Shown here in pieces: positions 1-7,601 of a stretch of 29,022 bases of DNA. Source of the DNA: Promethearchaeota archaeon (GTDB taxonomy: Archaea; Asgardarchaeota; Lokiarchaeia; Sigyniarchaeales; SOKP01). Location of the stretch: positions 1-29,022 of the forward strand of contig JAHLWP010000042.1 of assembly GCA_019057865.1 (NCBI GenBank). The letters are read 5' to 3'. Made by a program: the position numbers and the translations under genes. The notes under the pieces were generated by a model, which saw only the letters and a list, made by a program, of their open reading frames with translations, did no database searches and was not told where the DNA came from. Numbering within the stretch: the first letter of the stretch is position 1; each line of letters opens with the position of its first letter.

Positions 1-36
1 ATTATAAATGATTTTAAAAAATCTTTTAAATTCATC

Positions 37-66
37 TCTATATTTTTAAAAGAAAAAAAATATAGA
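37..66. terminator. 11-bp inverted repeat (TCTATATTTTT...AAAAATATAGA) with T-tract just downstream of the acyl-CoA dehydrogenase stop
   Basis: Arms at 37-47 and 56-66; the A-run at 53-60 reads as oligo-U on the minus-strand transcript; about 20 nt past the stop at 85. Confidence 0.4.
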
Positions 67-84
67 TTTTTATTAATCTAACAT

Positions 85-546
85 TTACAATAATCTCATA
101 AATCTTCGAATTTGTGATTGAATGAGAAGTAATTGAATATTCCTTGCTCCACCGATGACTTCTTCTATTTTACTTACATCCATTAACTCATCAACAGGTG
201 TATTATCGGTTACTGACACTCCGCCCATATGTTGCTGAACTTCATAACAGATATCATGTGTTAGTTTAGATACATAATACTTACCTTGAGACGAGATAGA
301 GGCAACCCATTTTTCTGCTTCTTTTGAAGATTTTTCAGCGAATAAAATCTTATCATCATAAACAGTAGCAGCTTGTAAAGCTAATGATGTCGCCGCTGTA
401 GCCTTACTTAATAAGTCTGCTAATCCATATCCCACTCCCTGGTATCTAATTACGGGCTTACCAAACTGTTGTCTTAAATTAGTGTAAATTATTCCATTAA
501 TCAATCCTGCCCAGCAGATACCGATTCCTGAACCCATTATAAGCAC
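85..546 (-). CDS. Acyl-CoA dehydrogenase, C-terminal helical part of an interrupted gene
   Basis: RQQFGKPVIRYQGV (R.QFG.PI..FQ motif), VQQHMGGVSV (Q..GG.G) and EEVIGGARNIQ. The listed GTG start lies inside the 44-nt insert. Confidence 0.85.
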   Translation of the reverse strand: MLIMGSGIGICWAGLINGIIYTNLRQQFGKPVIRYQGVGYGLADLLSKATAATSLALQAATVYDDKILFAEKSSKEAEKWVASISSQGKYYVSKLTHDICYEVQQHMGGVSVTDNTPVDELMDVSKIEEVIGGARNIQLLLIQSQIRRFMRLL

Positions 547-585
547 GGTGCGGAATTCGCAACTTAATTTTTTTAACTCATTATA
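535..585. other. 44-nt insertion (37-nt core plus one copy of the 7-bp direct repeat CATTATA) interrupting the acyl-CoA dehydrogenase
   Basis: CATTATA at 535-541 and 579-585. Deleting 44 nt joins the two ORFs in frame as ...VPERLSIMGSGIGICWAG... Internal hairpin TGCG-GAATT-CGCA at 549-561. Confidence 0.85.
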
Positions 586-1388
586 CTTAAGCGTTCAGGA
601 ACTAATCCCTCAAAGAGTCTTGTATATCCGAGTCCGTCATCTGCGAGTACGTATTCTTTTGGAACTTTAACATTATCCAATATTGTATGTGCAATATGAA
701 CTCGAGGAACAGAATTAATCTTCAATCGTTCAGTTTTTACACCAAATTCACGAGCAATCATTCCTTGAACCATTGTATCTCTTGGATTACCTGTATCATA
801 AACGCCATAACAGCAGAAATAATCCGCTTTAGGTCCATTTGTAGTATAAACTTTTTCTCCATTATAGATAACCCCTTCATTTGTTTTTGTACATCTTGTT
901 GTCAGATTTACTGCATCAGAACCTCTCTCAGGTTCTGTTATTCCAATACAGCCAACTTTTTGCCCCGAAAGTAGTTCATCTTGAACTTTATATATTGTAT
1001 CTCCAGTACCTCCATAATGATAGTAATGAAAGGTAGGATTAGCACATAGAATTCCGCTTGCAACTCGTCCTAATTCTAATTGAGGGTCTAAAATAGAAAT
1101 ATGAGTACCTAGTAAAATTTCTTTTTTCATTCCATACGGTTTAAAGTCCTTCCACTCATTAATCCTTTGTAAATATCCATTTTTCCCTAATTCAGGAAAG
1201 AGAACATACACATCTTTAGATTTATCAATTTTTGGATGTAACTCTATACAAAATTGTTGCAATTCCTCACAATATTTCCGTTCTTCTTCATTTAACATTG
1301 GAAAAACATTGTCATTGAATATTTTGAAGATATTTTCCAATGACATTTTTGCAAGAATTTCATCGTTGATAATTTTCTCTTGAAACAT
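573..1388 (-). CDS. Acyl-CoA dehydrogenase, N-terminal and middle domains of an interrupted gene (full gene 85..1388, 419 aa after removing the insert)
   Basis: GCIGITEPERGSD (FAD-binding TEP..GSD), YNGEKVYTTNG (NG.K.W.TNG), LDNVKVPKEYVL, GLGY...ERL. The TAA stop is supplied by the insert. Confidence 0.9.
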   Translation of the reverse strand: MFQEKIINDEILAKMSLENIFKIFNDNVFPMLNEEERKYCEELQQFCIELHPKIDKSKDVYVLFPELGKNGYLQRINEWKDFKPYGMKKEILLGTHISILDPQLELGRVASGILCANPTFHYYHYGGTGDTIYKVQDELLSGQKVGCIGITEPERGSDAVNLTTRCTKTNEGVIYNGEKVYTTNGPKADYFCCYGVYDTGNPRDTMVQGMIAREFGVKTERLKINSVPRVHIAHTILDNVKVPKEYVLADDGLGYTRLFEGLVPERLSIMS

Positions 1389-1510
1389 TTTTTCGTCAAT
1401 TTTAATAGTGTTTTTTATAATTTGAAAGAAAATATATTAATTAGTCTAAATTTTTTATTGCAATTAAATTTTTGATATTGATAAAAATAAGTTAAAACTA
1501 AAAAAAAGAT

Positions 1511-2275
1511 TTAATTTTTAGTATCTACAGTTTCGATTATTTTACCATCTCGCATTTTTAGTATTCTTTCAGCAAGAGCACCAACCATAGGGTCGTGGCT
1601 TACCATTAAAATCGTTTGATCAAGCTCCAAATTAAGTTCTCGCAATAATTTAACAATCTCCATCCCCTTTTTAGTATCAAGTTCGCCTGTCGGTTCATCA
1701 GCAATTAATATAGAAGGTTCATTACATAATGCTCGTGCAATTGCAACTCTTTGTTGTTCTCCACCTGAAAGCTCAGATGGGAGGTGATCTTTCTTGTCAC
1801 TTAGACCTACAAGATCGAGGAATTTATTAGCATTTCTTTCTATTTCCTGTTTAGTCCTAGCTGCAAATAACATTGGTAGTTCAACATTTTCATAAGCTGA
1901 AAGAACGGGTACTAAATTATAAAACTGAAATATGAATCCTATTTCCTTGAGTCTTAAATTTGTCCGTTGTTTATCATCCATATGAGCTATATTTGTTCTA
2001 TTGATATATACAGCACCACTTGTGGGATTGTCGAGAGCTCCAATCATATTTAAAAGTGTAGTTTTTCCGGAACCTGAAGGTCCCATAACTGATACAAATT
2101 CACCCTTCTTAATATCTATACTAACACCATTTAAGGCTCTAATTTCAATCCCTTCGGTTATATTATAAATTTTAGTTAAATCAAAAGTTTGAATCATCGA
2201 ATCAGGGTCTAGTTCATAATCTTTTGGCTCCTGAAATACTAAACCTTGTTGTTTACTCTTTTTGGCTTTTCTCAT
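1511..2275 (-). CDS. ABC transporter ATP-binding subunit, LolD/MacB family
   Basis: Walker A GPSGSGKTT, IGFIFQFYNL Q-loop, LSGGEQQRVAIARAL signature, ILIADEPTG Walker B, VSHD H-loop; GAGG upstream. Confidence 0.95.
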   Translation of the reverse strand: MRKAKKSKQQGLVFQEPKDYELDPDSMIQTFDLTKIYNITEGIEIRALNGVSIDIKKGEFVSVMGPSGSGKTTLLNMIGALDNPTSGAVYINRTNIAHMDDKQRTNLRLKEIGFIFQFYNLVPVLSAYENVELPMLFAARTKQEIERNANKFLDLVGLSDKKDHLPSELSGGEQQRVAIARALCNEPSILIADEPTGELDTKKGMEIVKLLRELNLELDQTILMVSHDPMVGALAERILKMRDGKIIETVDTKN

Positions 2276-2293
2276 TTTTTATATACCTCTGAA

Positions 2294-3106
2294 TTAGAAT
2301 TTATATATTTCTTCAATTGATTTTCCACCAGTCTTTTCACCAGTAAATTCTCCATCAGTAAGAGTAATAACCCTATCTGCCACTTCTGCTATTCTTACAT
2401 TATGGGTAACCATTAAAATTGATTCTCCAGCTTTCTTTAAGTCGAGGAAAATTTTCATAATATTTGTTGTTGTCTCCGTATCTAGTTCACCTGTAGGTTC
2501 ATCAGCAAGAATGATAAGAGGATCGTTAACTAAAGCTCTAGCTATAGTTACTCTTTGTTGCTCTCCACCCGACATCTGTGTGGGTAAATGTTCCATACGC
2601 TCCTCAAGTCCAATTCTTTTTAAAAGGCTTTTAACTTTTTCTTTTCTCACTTTAGAATCCTTTTTATCAATCACCATTGGAAGCTCTACATTCTCGTAAG
2701 CTGTAAGAATTGGAAAAAGATTATAGAACTGAAAAATTAATCCTATCTTTCTCAATCGCATTTTTTTATGTTGTTTATTGGTCATTTGGGTAACGTCAAG
2801 TCCCATCCCCTCAGCATCAACATTATAAATGATCTTACCTGAGTCTGGGAAGTCAAGAGCACCCAAGCAATTTATTAAAGTTGTTTTCCCTGCACCAGAT
2901 GGACCAACAATAGCAATAAATTCACCCTTCTTGATTGTAAGATTTACTTTATTGAGTGCTGTGATTGTTGAATTACCTACAGTGTAAGTTTTAACAAGAT
3001 CATGCACTTTTAGAACTATATCAGGATCTATCCTCACTGCTTTTGCTGTGGACCTTTGTTCTTTGTTCATTCTCACTTTTTTCTTTTTAGTCGATATTTT
3101 TAACAC
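2294..3106 (-). CDS. Second ABC transporter ATP-binding subunit, LolD/MacB family (true start may be the downstream ATG of MNKEQ)
   Basis: GPSGAGKTT, IGLIFQFYNL, MSGGEQQRVTIARAL, ILADEPTG, VTHN. Confidence 0.95.
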   Translation of the reverse strand: MLKISTKKKKVRMNKEQRSTAKAVRIDPDIVLKVHDLVKTYTVGNSTITALNKVNLTIKKGEFIAIVGPSGAGKTTLINCLGALDFPDSGKIIYNVDAEGMGLDVTQMTNKQHKKMRLRKIGLIFQFYNLFPILTAYENVELPMVIDKKDSKVRKEKVKSLLKRIGLEERMEHLPTQMSGGEQQRVTIARALVNDPLIILADEPTGELDTETTTNIMKIFLDLKKAGESILMVTHNVRIAEVADRVITLTDGEFTGEKTGGKSIEEIYKF

Positions 3107-3131
3107 CTTTTTTTATATTATATTATTCTAA

Positions 3132-6100
3132 TTATCTCGTTCTCACAGCATCTATAATATTTAAGTTGGCAGCCCACTTTGCCGGATATCGTGAACTCAG
3201 AATTACAGTGATTAAAACCGTTAATACTAAAATGCCAATAGTTAGCCATGGAATGGTCCAGGTGACTGTAATGAGTCCACCTGCAGGCATCGTATCTACC
3301 ATTAAATAACCTTGGACTAGACCAGCGAATATACCTGTAAATACACCTAGAAGTGCTAGAATTAATGTCTCTCCTGATATTGATCGTATCACACCCTTTT
3401 TACTTAATCCTATTGATCTGAGCATTCCTATCTCCCTCCTACGTGCCATGGTTGTTAGTAGACTATGAAGCGTTAATCCAATCATTGCAATTATTATTGA
3501 AAAAATTAGTAAGCCATTAGTTATGAAGGTAATTAAATTAATCATAGTTCTGAAAATAGAACTTGCAAATGATTTGGTAAAACCAAAAATCACGAGATAG
3601 CCTCTATCTTCTATGTATCCTAATATTTCTTCTAAGACATCCTCATCACTTACTCCCTTTTCCACCCATGCAAACCAATCATATACATTAGTTCTAATTA
3701 CAAGAGTGAAAGTTTTGAGATCGATTAGTGACCAAGAACCTCCTGGAGGAGGAGAAAATAGATCTGGCAATAGTAGATCCTTAATAGTTGTAATATTTTC
3801 TGGTTGATCACAATGAACTAGCACTGAAGTTACCTTATCATTGGAATAGTTGGATCCCTTATAATCTGAATATACAATATCTCGTGCTTTTTCGTAATTT
3901 ATATATATAGAATTTCCACTTACATCATAACCTATTTCATACGCATCATAACCTGTTTCATATGCATAACTGGCATACCAATCATATCTTTCTGTATTAT
4001 ACAAAGTTGGTGCTTCTATAATACCAATAATTTCAAACTTTGACGATTCCGGCCAAGATAAAGGGTTGGTTGGGGAATAAGTTGAGGTAGCTACTCCAAA
4101 TTTTAAACTATCAATAGTTAAATTATAATTACCATTATATGTGGCATTATGCCCTATTATTCTTAATTTGATATTATTCATCGAATCAACATAATAATGG
4201 TTTAAATCGAAAATAAAAGTATTATTAGCTTCTTCAGTATTATTAATTGAACCTAGTTCTTCAAATGTGTTAGTGTTAATGTTAAGCGCTTCCAATTCGA
4301 GGTGATCCACAGTTGAATTTACAGAAGTTTCAATTGTAACATTAATAGCTTTATAAATGTTAGGTGTTAGAAAACTGGTAGTAATGTTAAATGCAAGCCA
4401 CTCCTGATTACTCACATATGATAAGTAAACATTATCAGAAAAATATAAATCTGTCGCGCTACCTGATGTTGATGTATAATTATTCATATAAGGAACAATA
4501 GTTGTATTATAAGGAAGAATTCCTACGGAAACCGTTTTCAAAATGAATTGTTGTGGAAAAATACTTATATTATTACCAATCCCTAATAAGGGATGATTTT
4601 TTATGAAGGTTTCATCAACTACACATATACTTTCCGTTGTTGTATTTAGGATTTCTTCCATTGTTGTTCCAACATATCCAATTTTCTGTTCAATAAGACT
4701 ATTGTTTCCAAAATAAGAATCAGATTTTAAATTTCCGCTTGATTCTGTGTGAATACCAACAACTGGGGTTTGAAAATCTATTCCTAAACCATCAAATATA
4801 GGTGTATAATAGTCCATTCTTGTTGTATAATATTCAATTCCGCTAATGCTATTTAAAATTGATTCCACGGTTGAAAAATTAAACCAATTTGGTTGAACTT
4901 TATCCACCGTAGGATTTCCAGTTTGAGTTAGTTGTCGGAAAGCCATATCTGTTCCTCCACCAGGTAGGTTTCTATCCGCTATTTCTTCATAAGTCCCCCA
5001 AGAGATAAACATATTATAAGTTTTTCCTTCACTTGAAAATCCCATGAGATCAAGCGTCGAGAACCCTTGAATACTTCTAACAATTGCAATTACACTCATA
5101 TTTATTGCAACTGTATCTTCATGCGCATTATAATTATCTCTATCAAGGAAGGCGGTAAAATTTGCGTAAGTTATACCGAGAGAGAATTTAACAGATAAGT
5201 TTTCACCAACTTTCACATCATAGTCATCAGCAAATTCTTCATCAATTATAATTTTATTTCCAATTTCGATTTCATCCATCATTTCACTAAGAGACATTGA
5301 TGAAGGGGATACAATTGCAGTTTTAGTCATATGTTCCTTAATCTTTGCTGGATCTATTATGTTTATCATAATAGATTGATTCCATTTACTATCAAGTAAG
5401 CTATGTCCAATCCAATCACTATCTATTTGAATAAGGGCATTTTGATGACTCACACCCATTACATCTTCTACTCCCGATTGATTGAGAAGTCCATCTTCGA
5501 AAGATCTGGGGGTATTATATGTATATACTCGAATATCAGCACCCATAAAGTTATTAACAGTAGTGTTAATACCTGCTCTCATTGAGTCCATCATAACACT
5601 TATCCCGATAAGAAAACTGGTTGCTAAAGCAATCATAGTGTATGTAAGGGTAGTCCTTTTGCGGTGTCTTAAGATGTTCTTTTCTGTTAATAATTTAGTT
5701 TTCCGGAGATATGGAGAGAAAATTATTACAAAAGCTTTATTAAGCGGTTTTATGCTAAGTGCCAATAACCAAATGATCCCAAATAAAATTAATACAGGGG
5801 CAAACATTGTTAGTACCACTCCTTCGGGTGGACCTGGACTTGCCTGAACTTCAGTTGTAGTTTCAGGGGCAGAATACATAAGCCAAAAACCAGAGAAAAT
5901 AAGTAAACCCCCTAAAATAAAGAAGAGTAGTTTTTTCCAATAATGTTTTCTCTCCCTTTTAGACTTTTCTTCAAGGGGGTTTAAATTCTCAATAATGGGT
6001 TTGCGACTTGCTTTCCAACTAGGATACAGAGAGGCTACAATACAAGAAACTAAACCTACAATAAATGTTAATGCTAAAGTTGTTGGATATAAAACGATAT

Positions 6101-7337
6101 TAAAATCTGAAATTTCTAATCCGCCCATTTGAGCTACAATATCTTGAATAGCTTGTAATGTGACTGAAAAGATTACGTACGATATGAAGTAAGAACATAT
6201 TGTTCCTAATAACGCTCCAATTACCCCCATTACTACACCTTGAGTTAAGAACATCCTAAAGGTTTCTGCTTTAGATGCCCCTATTGCTTGGAACATCCCC
6301 GTCTCGTACTCTTGTTCTTTTTTAATAATGTTAAAGATATTCCACATAAGTATGATTGAAAGGATTAATGCGATTAGACTAAACATCATAAACATAGTAC
6401 GCATCGTGCTCATTGTAGTGTCTATCCTCTCTAAACTATCAGATTTTAAGTCATTAACTTTCCAATCCCTTCCATCATCAAAATCTTCTAATCGGGTTTC
6501 AATATTCTTAACAACAGAAGCAACTTTGTATATGTCGTCAACACCTACAACACCTAGATTATATTCACCAGTATGATTTTCTGTACCATCTGCTAGTTCA
6601 TGTGTATTATTAATATTTGCAAAAATACCTGTTCCTTGTGTAAACATTGTAGACTCTGAGGGGTTTTCTGGATCGAAATCGCGTGCTTCCCCAATATCCC
6701 GTATTATAGCAACAACAGTATATTCGAGCCAAGTCCCTGTGTTTCTAGGGTCATATTCCGGTAATTCTCCTTCATTTGGCAAAATCCAAATACTATCATT
6801 TGCTTTAAAATCTTTCCCTAATTGAATTTTTAATGATTCTGAAATAACTACTACTTTATCGCCATTAATTGAATCGCTGTATTCAAGAAGCTCTTCAATT
6901 GTGTCTTCACTACTAACTGAATCTAATATAAATGGTTTCCCACCTAATTTTCGCTCATCTGCATCTTGATGATCAATACCGTAGATCCCCGTTCTAGTAC
7001 TATTATCAACTTGGTTTCCACTATCAGTTGCACTTGCATAAACATTAAAACCTGAAATCCTGTAAGCTATTGACTCGACATGTTTTACATCCTCGAGTTC
7101 ACTATTAATTTCATCGGAATCAAACCAACCATCAGTACTATTTGCAGATCTAATTAATATGTCTGCAGTACCCATTTGTTCATCAATAGTTTCTAGCATC
7201 ATTACTTCGAAAGAATCAGAGACAATCATAACTCCTCCAAATAAGGCAACACTAATGACTAATGTGATAGTTGTCAAAATATAACGTATCTTTCGTCTTC
7301 TCATATTACGTAATGCAATCTTTAGTACTACACCCAT
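3132..7337 (-). CDS. Giant FtsX/MacB-family (type VII) ABC permease, two fused halves with expanded extracellular domains
   Basis: IALRNMRRRKIRYILT and KNILRHRKRTTLT helix starts; ETGMFQAIGAS and RRREIGMLRSIGLS FtsX motifs; YPSWKASR and YPAKWAA ends; GGAG SD; co-oriented with two LolD-type ATPases. Confidence 0.92.
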   Translation of the reverse strand: MGVVLKIALRNMRRRKIRYILTTITLVISVALFGGVMIVSDSFEVMMLETIDEQMGTADILIRSANSTDGWFDSDEINSELEDVKHVESIAYRISGFNVYASATDSGNQVDNSTRTGIYGIDHQDADERKLGGKPFILDSVSSEDTIEELLEYSDSINGDKVVVISESLKIQLGKDFKANDSIWILPNEGELPEYDPRNTGTWLEYTVVAIIRDIGEARDFDPENPSESTMFTQGTGIFANINNTHELADGTENHTGEYNLGVVGVDDIYKVASVVKNIETRLEDFDDGRDWKVNDLKSDSLERIDTTMSTMRTMFMMFSLIALILSIILMWNIFNIIKKEQEYETGMFQAIGASKAETFRMFLTQGVVMGVIGALLGTICSYFISYVIFSVTLQAIQDIVAQMGGLEISDFNIVLYPTTLALTFIVGLVSCIVASLYPSWKASRKPIIENLNPLEEKSKRERKHYWKKLLFFILGGLLIFSGFWLMYSAPETTTEVQASPGPPEGVVLTMFAPVLILFGIIWLLALSIKPLNKAFVIIFSPYLRKTKLLTEKNILRHRKRTTLTYTMIALATSFLIGISVMMDSMRAGINTTVNNFMGADIRVYTYNTPRSFEDGLLNQSGVEDVMGVSHQNALIQIDSDWIGHSLLDSKWNQSIMINIIDPAKIKEHMTKTAIVSPSSMSLSEMMDEIEIGNKIIIDEEFADDYDVKVGENLSVKFSLGITYANFTAFLDRDNYNAHEDTVAINMSVIAIVRSIQGFSTLDLMGFSSEGKTYNMFISWGTYEEIADRNLPGGGTDMAFRQLTQTGNPTVDKVQPNWFNFSTVESILNSISGIEYYTTRMDYYTPIFDGLGIDFQTPVVGIHTESSGNLKSDSYFGNNSLIEQKIGYVGTTMEEILNTTTESICVVDETFIKNHPLLGIGNNISIFPQQFILKTVSVGILPYNTTIVPYMNNYTSTSGSATDLYFSDNVYLSYVSNQEWLAFNITTSFLTPNIYKAINVTIETSVNSTVDHLELEALNINTNTFEELGSINNTEEANNTFIFDLNHYYVDSMNNIKLRIIGHNATYNGNYNLTIDSLKFGVATSTYSPTNPLSWPESSKFEIIGIIEAPTLYNTERYDWYASYAYETGYDAYEIGYDVSGNSIYINYEKARDIVYSDYKGSNYSNDKVTSVLVHCDQPENITTIKDLLLPDLFSPPPGGSWSLIDLKTFTLVIRTNVYDWFAWVEKGVSDEDVLEEILGYIEDRGYLVIFGFTKSFASSIFRTMINLITFITNGLLIFSIIIAMIGLTLHSLLTTMARRREIGMLRSIGLSKKGVIRSISGETLILALLGVFTGIFAGLVQGYLMVDTMPAGGLITVTWTIPWLTIGILVLTVLITVILSSRYPAKWAANLNIIDAVRTR
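3923..3964. repeat. 21-bp tandem duplication inside the permease (AYETGYD/AYEIGYD)
   Basis: catcataacctatttcatacg followed by catcataacctgtttcatatg, 19/21 identical. Confidence 0.8.
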
Positions 7338-7601
7338 TTTTCACTTGCTCCTTTTTTCATTACTTGATATATCTGTTCTTAATAACATTAAAGTTATTAT
7401 TTTTATTTCCATAGAAATAAACATCTTTTTGTTTTTTGTAGAATTTTTAGGTATATAGTTACATATCTCATATAAATTTATTGAGAGTAAAAAATAGGTT
7501 TATCTAAATAGCCAATTTATGTAATTTCCTATGAGCTAATTAAAAAAATATTGAAAATAGTGCGCTAGAAGTAAGTAGATTTAAAGAATTTTGTTGAATA
7601 A

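Noticed and set aside
542-578. Insert core as group II intron domain V, spliceosomal intron or MITE
   Set aside because: AGC...TGCG...CGCA only loosely resembles domain V and the lower stem cannot form; no in-frame GT...AG boundaries; terminal inverted repeat is only AG...CT.
535-585. TATAAT in the direct repeat as a bacterial -10 promoter box
   Set aside because: The genome is archaeal and the motif is simply the Ile-Met codons of the gene.
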